Shown piece by piece: positions 10,361 through 20,121 of a stretch of DNA of 64,000 nt. Made by a program: the position numbers and the translations under genes. Source of the stretch: Halobacteriales archaeon QS_9_68_17 (GTDB lineage Archaea; Halobacteriota; Halobacteria; Halobacteriales; Natronoarchaeaceae); NCBI GenBank assembly GCA_003023565.1, contig PXSA01000012.1:1492-65491 (forward strand), read 5' to 3'. Below the pieces are notes generated by a model that was given only the letters and a program-made list of their open reading frames with translations, had not been told where the DNA came from and did no database searches. Each line of letters opens with the position of its first letter. The first letter of the stretch is position 1.

Positions 10361-11671
10361 ATGTTCGGAACGAGCGGCATCCGGGGCCGAGTCGGCGAGG
10401 ACGTGACGGCGGATCTGGCGCTCTCCGTGGGACGCGCGCTGTCGGTCGCGGCCGACCGCGTCGTCGTGGGCCGGGACGCCCGCGAGAGCGGCGCGTTCCT
10501 CGCGGACGCGCTGACGGCCGGCCTCCGGGAGTGCGGCACCGACGTTGTCGACCTCGGCCTGGCCGCGACCCCGACGGTGGCCCGGTCGGTCGCGTGGCGG
10601 GACGCCGACGCCGGCGTCGTCGTGACGGCGTCGCACAACCCGGCGCGGGACAACGGGATAAAGCTCTGGTCGCCCAGCGGGCAGGCGTTCGACGAGGCGA
10701 AGCGCGAGGCGATGACCGACCGCATCGAGTCGGGCGCGGGCGACCCCGAGGCGTGGGACGCGGCCGGCGACCGGACCGAATGGGCGGGCGCGTTCGACCG
10801 CCACGTCGAGACGCTCGCCGACGCGGTGACCGTCGAGGACCCGCCGAGCGTCGCCGTCGACCTCGGCAACGGGATGGGGGGCGTCACCGTCGAGGCGCTC
10901 TCCCGCCTCGGCTGTGACGTGGAGACGCTCAACGCGCAGGCGGACGGCCGCTTCCCCGGTCGGCCGAGCGAACCGACCGCCGAGCACTGCGCGTCGCTTT
11001 GCGCGCTGGTCGCGGCCACCGACGCCGACCTCGGCATCGCGCACGACGGCGACGCGGACCGGATGCAGGCCGTCACGGCGGACGGCGAGTTCGTGGCCGG
11101 CGACGTGCTGTTGGCGCTGTTCGGTCGCGCCGCGGCGGGCGAGGGCGACCGGGTAGCCGCCCCCCTCAACACCAGCCTCGCAGTGGACGACGCGCTGGAC
11201 GAGGTCGGCGCGTCGCTGTCGCGGACCCGCGTGGGCGACGTGTTCGTCGCCGAGGAGGCAACCACGCCGGACGTCGCCTTCGGCGGCGAGGAGAGCGGCG
11301 CGTGGATCTGGCCCGACGAGACGCTCTGCCCGGACGGCCCGCTTGCGGCGTGTAAGCTGGTCGAACTGGTAAGCGAGCGCGGTCCGCTCGCCGAACTGGT
11401 CGACGCCGTCGACGCGTACCCGATCCGCCGCGACAGCGTGGAGACGGACGAGAAGGGCGCGGTGATGGGGCGCGTCCGCGAGGCCGTCCTCGCGGCGTAC
11501 GACGACGTGCAGACGATAGACGGCGTCCGCGTCGACCTCGGCGACGCCTGGTTCCTCGTCCGCGCCAGCGGCACGCAACCGCTCGTCCGTATCACCGCCG
11601 AGGCGCGGGACCCGGACCGCGCCGACGCCGTCTTCGAGGAGGCCGCCGCGCTCGTCGACGACGCCGCCTGA
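10361..11671 (+). CDS. Phosphohexomutase (phosphomannomutase/phosphoglucosamine mutase)
   Basis: MFGTSGIRG, TASHNP, DGDADR, GGEESG, RASGTQP. Confidence 0.92.
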   Translation: MFGTSGIRGRVGEDVTADLALSVGRALSVAADRVVVGRDARESGAFLADALTAGLRECGTDVVDLGLAATPTVARSVAWRDADAGVVVTASHNPARDNGIKLWSPSGQAFDEAKREAMTDRIESGAGDPEAWDAAGDRTEWAGAFDRHVETLADAVTVEDPPSVAVDLGNGMGGVTVEALSRLGCDVETLNAQADGRFPGRPSEPTAEHCASLCALVAATDADLGIAHDGDADRMQAVTADGEFVAGDVLLALFGRAAAGEGDRVAAPLNTSLAVDDALDEVGASLSRTRVGDVFVAEEATTPDVAFGGEESGAWIWPDETLCPDGPLAACKLVELVSERGPLAELVDAVDAYPIRRDSVETDEKGAVMGRVREAVLAAYDDVQTIDGVRVDLGDAWFLVRASGTQPLVRITAEARDPDRADAVFEEAAALVDDAA

Positions 11672-11776
11672 CGGGGTCGGCGTCGCCCCGCGGGCGACTA
11701 CCGATCGGTCGCTTCGGGGCGTCCGCCGGTCGCCCCGGGGCCACCGCTTTTGTCCCCCGACGAGACAGGCTAAGGC

Positions 11777-12490
11777 ATGGCACTCACAGCAGTCGTCGCC
11801 GGCGTCGGCCCGGGACTGGGCGAGTCGCTCGCGCGGAAGTTCGCCGGAGAGGGGTGCGAGGTCGGCCTGCTCGCGCGCTCCGACGAGTACCTCGGCGAAC
11901 TCGCCGCCGAACTGCACACCGAGACGCCCGGCGACGCCGTCGCCGTCCCGACGGACGTCACCGACGGGTCGCAGGTCGAGAGCGCGTTCGAGCGGGTCCG
12001 CGACGAGTTCGGCCCCGTCGACGTCCTGGTCAACCATGCCGGGGGCGGCGGGTGGAGCGGCCTCCGCGAGTCGTCGGCCGAGGAGTTCGAGGACGCGTGG
12101 CGCACCTGCGCCTACGGCGCGTTCCTCTGCTCGAAACAGGCCGTGCCGGACATGGTCGACGGCGACGGCGGGACGGTCGTCTTCACCGGCGCGACCTCCG
12201 CCGTCCGCGGCCGCGGCGACGCGGCGGGGTTCAGCAGCGGGAAGTTCGCCGCCCGCGGCCTCGCGGAGTCGATGGCGCGGGAACTCGGCCCCGAGGGGGT
12301 CCACGTCGCCCACGTCGTCGTCGACGGGCAGATCCTGCCGCCCGACGCGAGAGAGGGCGGCGACGACCGCCCCGAGGACTCCTCCCTCGACCCGGACGCG
12401 GTCGCGGAGTCGTACTGGGACCTGGTCGAGCAGGACCGCACCGCCTGGACGCTCGAACTCGATCTGCGCCCGTACGTCGAGGAGTTCTGA
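11777..12490 (+). CDS. SDR-family oxidoreductase
   Basis: GVGPGLG, VNHAG, TGATSA, FSSGK. Confidence 0.9.
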   Translation: MALTAVVAGVGPGLGESLARKFAGEGCEVGLLARSDEYLGELAAELHTETPGDAVAVPTDVTDGSQVESAFERVRDEFGPVDVLVNHAGGGGWSGLRESSAEEFEDAWRTCAYGAFLCSKQAVPDMVDGDGGTVVFTGATSAVRGRGDAAGFSSGKFAARGLAESMARELGPEGVHVAHVVVDGQILPPDAREGGDDRPEDSSLDPDAVAESYWDLVEQDRTAWTLELDLRPYVEEF

Positions 12491-12555
12491 CGGACGGCGC
12501 TCTGCGGGACCCGGGTACGCCCGGCGCTTTTGGGACTGCCGACCGTACGTCGTGT

Positions 12556-13140
12556 ATGTCTTCACGGACCGTGCTGTCCAGCGAGCGAACGAACGCCACG
12601 CTCTCATGGCTGTTCGTCGCCTTCCTCTGTTTCGCGGTCGTCGAGAGCCTGATCACGGATGAACCGCTGTGGGCCGGGTTCGCGGCCGTCGTCGCCGCCG
12701 TCGCGTCCCTGCCGGCGGCCATCCGCCGGTCAGCGACGACGGTGCCCCCGCCGGAACTGGTGGGTCTCACGGCGCTCCCCGTCGTCGCGCGGTCGTACGG
12801 GCTCTACACGCAGATCGCCGGCTACGTCGCGGTCGCGACGCTCGCGGTGCTCGTCGCGGTCGAACTCGACGTGTTCACCGAGGTCGAGATGACGGCGCGG
12901 TTCGCCGTCGGGTTCGTCGTCCTGACGACGCTCGCCATCGCGGCCGTCTGGACCGTCGTCCGGTTCTACTCGGACGTGTACCTCGATACCGATTTCTTCG
13001 TGTCGCTGAACCAGATGATGTGGGACCTCGTCGTGGCGGCCGCCGCCGGACTGCTGGCGGGCGGCGTCTTCGAACTGTACTTCCGGCGGTACAGCCCGGC
13101 GGCGACGATCACGCGGGACGGACGGGAGGAACTACAGTGA
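12556..13140 (+). CDS. Hypothetical integral membrane protein
   Basis: Multiple TM segments; GTGA overlap with the next gene. Confidence 0.75.
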   Translation: MSSRTVLSSERTNATLSWLFVAFLCFAVVESLITDEPLWAGFAAVVAAVASLPAAIRRSATTVPPPELVGLTALPVVARSYGLYTQIAGYVAVATLAVLVAVELDVFTEVEMTARFAVGFVVLTTLAIAAVWTVVRFYSDVYLDTDFFVSLNQMMWDLVVAAAAGLLAGGVFELYFRRYSPAATITRDGREELQ

Positions 13141-13793
13141 ACCTTCGCGACGCGACCGGGCTCACGGACTCCTCGCTGTGGTACGTGGTCCGGGCGATGC
13201 AGCTCGGTCTGGTCGGTATCGCGACCTACGGGCTCGTCACGGCCGACCTCGCGCTCACCGTCAACGCGCTCCTGTCGCTGTCGGTGACGCTCGCGCCGGA
13301 GTTCGTCAAGTGGCGGTACGGCCACACGATGGACGCCAGCCTCGCGCTGTGGATCTCGACGGCGGCGTTCCTCCACTCGGTCGGCGCGCTCGGCCCCTAC
13401 GAGAGCGTGCCGGGCTACGACATCATCACGCACACGCTCACGGCGACGCTCGTCGCGGGCGTCGGCTACGCCCTCGTCGAGGCGCTGGACGAGTCCTCCG
13501 ACGCCGTCGACTTCCCGTCGGAGTTCCGCTTCCTGTTCATCGTCGTCTTCGTCCTCGCGTTCGGCGTCGTCTGGGAGATCGCCGAGTTCGCCGCCGGCGG
13601 TATGGGGACGCTGCTCGGCGGGCAGGAGGTGCTCACCCAGTACGGGATGCGCGACACCGTGCTCGACTTCGTGTTCGACGGCCTCGGCGCGGTGGCGGTG
13701 GCGCTGTGGGGGACGGGCGCGTTCGACGGCGTCGCCACCGTTCTCTCGCGGGGCGTCGCCGGCGTGTTCGGACGGCAGGAAGAGGACGGCTAG
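13137..13793 (+). CDS. Integral membrane protein with H..D..H..WE..E..D pattern (putative membrane metal-binding family)
   Basis: FLHSVG, YDIITH, VWEIAEF and DTVLDF motifs. Confidence 0.75.
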   Translation: MNLRDATGLTDSSLWYVVRAMQLGLVGIATYGLVTADLALTVNALLSLSVTLAPEFVKWRYGHTMDASLALWISTAAFLHSVGALGPYESVPGYDIITHTLTATLVAGVGYALVEALDESSDAVDFPSEFRFLFIVVFVLAFGVVWEIAEFAAGGMGTLLGGQEVLTQYGMRDTVLDFVFDGLGAVAVALWGTGAFDGVATVLSRGVAGVFGRQEEDG

Positions 13794-14914
13794 AGCCGTT
13801 CGAGCACGGCGTCCGGGTCGTACGACAGCGCCAGCGAGCGCGAGCGCCCGCGGCCCTCCACGTCGGTGTACTCGGCGTCGATCAGGCCGAGGTTGTCGAG
13901 TTTGTTGGTGATCTCGGAGTACCGGGTGTAGCCGAGACCGGTCTCGTCGTTGAACGCCTCGTACACGTCGCCGGCCTGCTCGCCCTCGTTCTCGGCGATG
14001 ACGCGGACGAGTTCCGTCTCCGTCTCGCTCAGGTTCTCCAGGCTCCGCGAGAGGTGGACGAACTTCGACTTCTCGTACGCCTCCTCCACGTCCGCGACGG
14101 TGACAGTCCTGCTCGCGCGCATCTCGGCGTTCAGACCCGCGCGCCGAAGGAGGTCGATACCGACCCGGAGGTCGCCGCTCTCGGCGGTGAGCGCGGCCAC
14201 GCGGTCGAGCACGTCGGGCGCGATGACGTCGTCGTGGAACCCGCGTGTCGCGCGCTCGCCGAGGATGTCGGCGATCTCGCCCTGCCCGTAGACGGGGAAG
14301 TAGATCTCCTCCGGACGGAAGACGCTCTGGACGCGCCCGTCGAGTTCGTCGATCACGTCCAGGTCGGGGTCCGAGGAGATGACGATGACGCCGATGCGCG
14401 CGCCGCTGTGTTCCTCGTGAGCGCGCAGCAGGGAGTACAGCGTGTCCGAGGCCTCGCTCTCGTAGAAGAGGTAGTTCACGTCGTCCAGCGCGACGACGAG
14501 CACTTCCTCCTCCTCGACCAGTTTCTCGGTGATCTGGTCGAACAGCTTCTTGAACGAGATGCCGCTGGAGGGCGGTTCGTAGTCGAACATCGCCTCGAAC
14601 AACTGCGAGAACACCGAGTACCGTGTCGCGTTGACCTGACAGTTCACGCGCGTCGTCCGGACAGCCGGTTTGCCGGACAGTTCGCCGAGCATCTTCTGGA
14701 TCCCCGTGGTCTTGCCAGTCCCGGGCGGTCCGCGGACCATCGCGTTCAGGGGCCGCGACCCGCGGACCGCCGGACGCAGGCAGTGTTTGAGGCTGTCGAC
14801 CTGAGTCTCCCGGTGTCTGAACGTCTCCGGGACGTAGTCTATCTCGAAGACGTGTTCGTTCCGGAACACCGACTCGTCCCAGGACAACATCCCCTCTTCA
14901 GGGTCGTCGGCCAT
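13790..14914 (-). CDS. cdc6: Orc1/Cdc6-type DNA replication initiator
   Basis: DYVPETFRHRE, Walker A GPPGTGKT, VALDD, GDLRVGIDLL and a C-terminal winged helix with GRGRSR. Confidence 0.93.
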   Translation of the reverse strand: MADDPEEGMLSWDESVFRNEHVFEIDYVPETFRHRETQVDSLKHCLRPAVRGSRPLNAMVRGPPGTGKTTGIQKMLGELSGKPAVRTTRVNCQVNATRYSVFSQLFEAMFDYEPPSSGISFKKLFDQITEKLVEEEEVLVVALDDVNYLFYESEASDTLYSLLRAHEEHSGARIGVIVISSDPDLDVIDELDGRVQSVFRPEEIYFPVYGQGEIADILGERATRGFHDDVIAPDVLDRVAALTAESGDLRVGIDLLRRAGLNAEMRASRTVTVADVEEAYEKSKFVHLSRSLENLSETETELVRVIAENEGEQAGDVYEAFNDETGLGYTRYSEITNKLDNLGLIDAEYTDVEGRGRSRSLALSYDPDAVLERL

Positions 14915-15109
14915 CACTTTCACCACGCTCCCCACGCTACTTAGTCTTTCGGCAGACGGGCGTTAGACTCCCCGCTGTCGGGCGTTTCGGTCGGTCCGGA
15001 TCGCGCTCGATCGGCGGTCCGATCGACGGCAGTGAGATAGACGAAAAGATGCGGCGTGCCGGCGTGAACGGACGAACTCGCGGACGAGTCCGGCCGCGGC
15101 TGCCCGCCG

Positions 15110-15264
15110 TTAGGGTCCCACGATCCGCCCTTCCACGCCGTCGCGCGTCGCGGAGTCGCCGTGTTCGTCCTGTGCTGCTGGGCGTCCTCGGCGACGTTCT
15201 CCATGTCGTTCGCCTCCGCGCTGTACTCGCAGTTCGGGTTCGGACACTGGTAGTCGTCGGTCAT
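15110..15264 (-). pseudogene. Small metal-binding protein (DUF1059-like), frameshifted
   Basis: MTDDYQCPNPNCEY..QQH then DEHGDSATRDGVEGRIVGP* in another frame; 155 nt is not a multiple of 3. Confidence 0.55.
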
Positions 15265-15356
15265 GGGTGTCCCGTCCGAGTGGAGCACCGGGGGACGAGT
15301 TATGGTCGAGCCCTCGGGCGGTCCTCAGGTCAGCCGAGGCGACCGAGCGACCGCGC

Positions 15357-17328
15357 TCAGAACTTCTCCAGCAGCCCGTCGTAGAACGCCGCCTCGTAGG
15401 CGGCGGCGCTCGCGTCCGCGTCGCCGTCGGCCTCCGTCGCCAGCTTCTCGACGATGAGTTCCGGCGTCGAGCGCGCGAAGTGGTCCTTGACGGGCGAGCG
15501 GTTCACCTGCAGTTCGCCGTCTTTCAGCCCCCTCGCCTCGATGCCGTCGACGGTCGCCTCGAAGTCGGCTGCGTCGCGGATCTCGCCGGCGAGGTGGGAG
15601 ACGAAGACGCCGGTCGCCCCGTTCTCGTGGAGCGCTTCGAGGATGCCGGCGATGATCTTCGCGCTGGCTCCCGGCTCCGTGATGCTCTCCAGTTCGTCGA
15701 CGAGGACGAGCGACCCCTCGCCGCCGGTGGCGAGGTCGGCGAACTCCCGCACGGTGCTCTCGAACGCCCCCGCGTCGAGCGTCCCCTGGGTCTTGGCGTG
15801 GTAGTGGAGTTCCTCCACGCGGGTCACCCGCGCGTCGTCCGCGGGGACGGGCAGGCCCATGTGCGCCAGCACGACCACCGTCGCCACCAGGTCGAGCGTC
15901 GACGTCTTCCCGCCGCTGTTGACGCCGGAGAGCAGCGCCACGCCGTCGACGCCGTAGTCCGTCCGCCCCGGCGAGGGCTCCGCCGTCCGCCGCGGGGTCG
16001 GCGACGGTCGGCATCGCGCAGTCGAAGTCGTCCGCGAAGCGCGCGACGGCGAGCTCCACGTCCAGCTCCAGCGCGGCCCGCACGAGCGCCTCGGCCGGCT
16101 CCCGGAGGTCCGCGAGGTCGCTCGCCAGTTCGCGCTTCAGCCGGGTCGCCCGGCGCTCCTTCGCCACCGTCAGGTCGTCGCGCAGCCGGGAGACGGCCTC
16201 CTCGTTGCGCTCGACCGGGAACGCGGGCTCGTCCGGAAAGGCCCGCCGGGCCAGTTCCGCCTCGCCGGTGTCGAGGTCCAGCGCCTCGGTCACGTTGTCG
16301 CGGGCCGCGTCGACCGCCGCGGCGTACTCGTCGGCCAGTTCCCGCGAGAGCAGGGAGTCGACGCCCGCGCCCTGCTCGACGAGCGAGAGGAGGTCGGACC
16401 CCTCGACGGTCACGTCGCGCTCCCGGATCGAGTCGCGCAGTCGGTCGTTGGCGACGCTCTCGCCGGTCCCGACGGCCGCGTCGAGGTCGTCGACGGCGGC
16501 CGTCAGCCGGTCGAGTTCGTCGTCGCCGACGACCGTGCCGTCCTCCGCGAGCCGGGAGAGCGCGTCCTCCAGCGCGTCGAGGTCGCAGGGGGCGTCGAGG
16601 TCCGCGCCGCGGTGGACCGCCGCGGCGGCCCGCAGACGGTCGCGGTTCGTCGCGAAGAAGTTCAGCACGCGCTCCGGCACCACGTCCGCAGGGGTCTCCA
16701 GCGCGGTCGGTTCGACGCGCACGTCGCCCTCCACGTCGACGCCCGCGAACTCCTCGTCTAGCGCGACCACGGTGGCGTACCCGCGGGCGAGTTCCGCCAG
16801 GTCGCGGGCGTCCTCCACGATCTCCACGCTCAGTTCCGGGACCGCCGACTGCGCTTCGCCGTAGCGCTCCGCGTCTTTGGTGGCGAGACAGCGGTCACGG
16901 ACGCGCACGTCCCCGGGGCGTTCGAGCGGTTCGACGCCCGCGAGCGCGTCGAGCACGTCGGGGGCGGGGTCGCGCTCGGTCGCGGTGCCGACGAACTCCC
17001 GGACCTCCTCGATCCGGGACGCCGACGCGCTCGGGTAGAACGTCTCCAGTCGCTTCGCGGCGTAGTCGGTGACGGTGCGCTCCTTGAGCAGGGCCAGCAC
17101 GTCGTCGTACACCTCGCGCGCCCTGTCGGTCGCGAGGAAGCCGCCGGGGTCGTCGTGTTCCATCCGGATCGTCGACCGGGCGATCCGAGCGGCCCGGCCC
17201 TCGCTGACGCCCGGCGCGTCCGACAGCGCGGCGACGTCGCCGTCGCGCAGGGCCTGCTCGGCGTCGTCCAGTTCGGCGAGCGCCTCCGCCGTCTTCTCGC
17301 CGACGCCCGGGATCGCCTCGAACTCCAT
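15357..17328 (-). pseudogene. mutS: Haloarchaeal MutS5-like protein (HhH + MutS domain V ATPase), frameshift/deletion near 15960
   Basis: N-terminal IPGVGEKTA HhH; SGVNSGGKTST, TLDAGAFES, LVDELE and VSHL in a different frame. Confidence 0.85.
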
Positions 17329-17400
17329 CTACCCTCCAATTCGGAGGGGAGGGCAAAAATCTCCCGCCCGATCCGCGCTTAGCGTGGTATATCGCTACGA

Positions 17401-17494
17401 CCCTCGCTTCCGGTGGGGGGCGCTCCGGTTCGGACCCCGAAACGCTGAGAAACGTTGACAAACGATCGGGAAACCCCTCCGCTTCGGGTGGAAC
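17401..17494 (-). promoter_or_regulatory. Two ORB-like motifs (candidate Orc1/Cdc6 binding sites)
   Basis: Minus strand GTTCCACCCGAAGCGGAGGGG (17474-17494) and CCCACCGGAAGCGAGGG (17401-17417). Confidence 0.3.
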
Positions 17495-17566
17495 CACGTC
17501 CCGCCGCCGCGACCGCTCGCGCCGCGGTCAACGCGCTTTTGCCCGCAGACCGGTAATCCGTTGTCG

Positions 17567-18457
17567 ATGACCACTCTCGAGGAGAAGACCGCGGCGCTCC
17601 GGGACGACTTCGCCGAGCGCGAGAGCGTGCTCGTGGCGTTCAGCGGCGGCGTCGATTCGGGCGTCGTCGCGGCGGTCGCCGAGGACGTCCTCGGCGACGA
17701 CGCCGTCGCCTGCACCGCGAAAAGCGAGACGCTGCCGGAGGCCGAACTGGACGACGCGAAGCGCGTCGCCGAGGAGATCGGCATCCGACACGAGGTCGTC
17801 GAGTTCAGCGAACTCGACAGCGACGCGTTCGTCGAGAACGACGGCGACCGGTGCTACCACTGCCGGTCGATGCGACTCGGCGAGATGTTCGACGCGGCCG
17901 ACCGCCTCGGCGTCGAGGTCGTCTGCGACGGCACGAACGCCGGCGACCCCGGGGAGGGCCACCGCCCCGGACTCCAGGCCGTGGACGAACTCGACGCCCA
18001 CTCGCCGCTGCTGGCGAACGGGATCGACAAGGACGAGGTCAGAGCGATCGCGGACCGCTACGACCTCTCGGTCGCGGACAAGCCGTCGATGGCGTGTCTC
18101 TCCTCGCGGATCCCCACCGGACTGGAGGTCACCGAAAAGCGCCTCTCGCGCATCGAGAAGGCGGAGACGGTCCTCCGGCAGTGGGGGTTCTCCCAGTTCC
18201 GCGTCCGCGACCACGACGGCCTCGCGCGCATCGAGGTCGCCCCCGAGGAGATGGATGCGGCGCTGAACCCCGACTTCGTCGAGGCGGCCCGCGAGCACAT
18301 CGCCGACCTCGGCTTCGACCACGTCACGCTCGACCTCCACGGCTACCGCACGGGGAGCGTCAGCCCGGACGGGGAGGACGACCCGGTCGTCGAGGACGTG
18401 TTCGCCGAGGACGCGCCCGGCGCGGACCTCGACGCCGACTACCCGCGCGCGGAGTGA
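17567..18457 (+). CDS. larE: ATP-dependent sacrificial sulfur transferase LarE-like
   Basis: PP-loop SGGVDS, RCYHCR, HRPG, CLSSRIPTG, RVRDH and GYRTGS. Confidence 0.88.
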   Translation: MTTLEEKTAALRDDFAERESVLVAFSGGVDSGVVAAVAEDVLGDDAVACTAKSETLPEAELDDAKRVAEEIGIRHEVVEFSELDSDAFVENDGDRCYHCRSMRLGEMFDAADRLGVEVVCDGTNAGDPGEGHRPGLQAVDELDAHSPLLANGIDKDEVRAIADRYDLSVADKPSMACLSSRIPTGLEVTEKRLSRIEKAETVLRQWGFSQFRVRDHDGLARIEVAPEEMDAALNPDFVEAAREHIADLGFDHVTLDLHGYRTGSVSPDGEDDPVVEDVFAEDAPGADLDADYPRAE

Positions 18458-18500
18458 CCCGCACCCACCGGCACCTCGAACGAGAGTGTTTACCTTTGAG

Positions 18501-18845
18501 CAGGCGCGAGGCCCCTTCCTCAGCGAGCGACCGACGGGAGCGAGCAGGGAGGATACGCGCCGTCAACTCGATGCCACGATCGCTCACATCGGAGCGTATG
18601 GCGGGCGCGACACCACGGCCTGCATTCAAGCGCGAACACAAGCGCGTGCAGTCTCCGTCTCGTCGCGACTGGCCCGTCGAACCGATAGACACGGGACGGG
18701 CCGAATCCAACGCCTGCGGAGACTGGGACCGCTGTGGAGAATCCTCGAATGCAGTCGAGGCATCTGCAAATCCCCTCGAAGAAACAGGAAGCCTTGTCCT
18801 CCACGTAGCGAGCGTGAGCGAGCGGAGCAGGGCAGGGTAGTTCAC
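18501..18845 (+). mobile_element. Non-autonomous IS200/IS605 (IS1341-type) derivative with left end, tnpB 3' remnant and right end (left boundary approximate)
   Basis: Left hairpin region GAGGCCCCTTCCTCAGCGAGCG..CGAGCAGGGAGG; right end GAAGCCTTGTCC..GGGCAGGGTAGTTCAC; translation SANPLEETGSLVL resembles haloarchaeal TnpB tails. Confidence 0.7.
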
Positions 18846-18971
18846 GAACGTCCATATTTAGACGCGTAGCGTTCCGTAAAACCCCCATACCTGTCCAGAA
18901 GTATCGCTGTCCGCTGCGAGTATTGACTGTTCCTCTACGTATGTAAGATAGGCGTCCGATAGGTACCCGTG

Positions 18972-19355
18972 ATGGACGCCGACGACGCTCCGACGGCCTG
19001 GGAACGCGAGGTTCACGAGACGCGGACCGGCACGTTCGTCGACCACGTGCACGCTTCCGGCGACGTGCGAGTGCGGGTCTCGCCGCCGACGGACGCGAGC
19101 GAGGGACACGCGGTCGCCGCGACGCTGTTTCCGCACACGGACCTGGAGGAGACGTACGACGTGCGGCGGGTCGCCGCGCGGGACCGCGCCGAGCGGGTCG
19201 CCCGACAGTTCGCGAGCCTCTTCGACGGCGTGTACGGCGGTCCCGGCGGCGACCGCGACGGGTCGCGCTCGCTCGAAGACGCCGTCGCGTACGCCCTCGA
19301 ACGGACTCGACCCTCCGCGGCCGTGGACGTGGACCTGCCGACACGCGAGGGGTGA
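18972..19355 (+). CDS. Conserved hypothetical haloarchaeal protein
   Basis: Acidic ORF with typical codon usage; ARQFASLFDGVY..LEDAVAYALERT. Confidence 0.7.
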   Translation: MDADDAPTAWEREVHETRTGTFVDHVHASGDVRVRVSPPTDASEGHAVAATLFPHTDLEETYDVRRVAARDRAERVARQFASLFDGVYGGPGGDRDGSRSLEDAVAYALERTRPSAAVDVDLPTREG

Positions 19356-19802
19356 CCGCCGGCTCCGATCCCTCGTAGTTCCTCTATTCATTCGTCCCGA
19401 TCGAACTACGATCGATACAGTAATGGTCAGTACCGATCCGTATAACTGAACGAGGTTCCATGGATATAATGGAATAAAACGAGTTTCTAAGAAAAATACT
19501 TACGTCTCCTCCTCGAAGGACCGGTCGCTCGGAGGTGATGTGTGAACGGTACACGCGTCCGTCGGAACCGACCCGAAACCGCTCCCGTGCGAACGCTGTT
19601 GCACCCCGAGAGGAACGGTTGGCTGTGCGACGCTCAGCCGGAGCGGGCTGATCGCCGCGGCCGGCGCGTTCGCCTGCCCCCGGCGATGCCCCATCTCCGG
19701 TGATTCCTGTCGAACCCTGTATGCCGAACTGTTCTCGCCGATCGATCGGAGCCGACCGCTGTCGCTGATTCGTTATCGGCTCCGAACGACTGCCGACATC
19801 GG

Positions 19803-19876
19803 AAACAGCGCGTTATCGAAGCAGGAAGCCCCACCCTCAGCGAGCGCGTTGGCGCGAGCAGGAGGCGGTAGTTCAC
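19803..19876 (+). mobile_element. Orphan IS1341-type right end
   Basis: GAAGCAGGAAGCCCCACCCTCAGCGAGCGCG..CGAGCAGGAGGCGGTAGTTCAC; translates RVIEAGSPTLSER. Confidence 0.7.
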
Positions 19877-20121
19877 CCGTCTCAATGGTTCGAACGGCGG
19901 TCGTCCGAAAGTTCGACGCCCGGCGGGGTCCGATCCCCCGATCCGTCATTCGGTCGGTGTTTGAGGGGATATTACGGCCGGACTGAACAGACCGGGGACC
20001 GGAGTGGACGAGCGTCCAGCGTCGGGGGCGACGAAGCGAGGGAAACGCGAGCGGCGGCGGGGCTGCACGGAGCGCGGGGCGAAGCGGAGGACGGAACGCT
20101 GCGTCGGGCGACCGCGCCCGG

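Noticed and set aside
8522-12607. 1361-aa minus-strand ORF and many similar long Arg/Gly/Ala-rich or antisense ORFs (for example 652-1875, 33773-36256, 39710-41761, 51215-52987)
   Set aside because: Shadow frames of real genes in very high-GC DNA; no motifs and non-halophilic composition
14915-15110. Replication origin directly upstream of cdc6
   Set aside because: No ORB pair or AT-rich unwinding element visible in this gap
17567-18457. Complete lactate racemase/nickel-pincer system
   Set aside because: Only a stand-alone larE-like gene; no larA/B/C in the window
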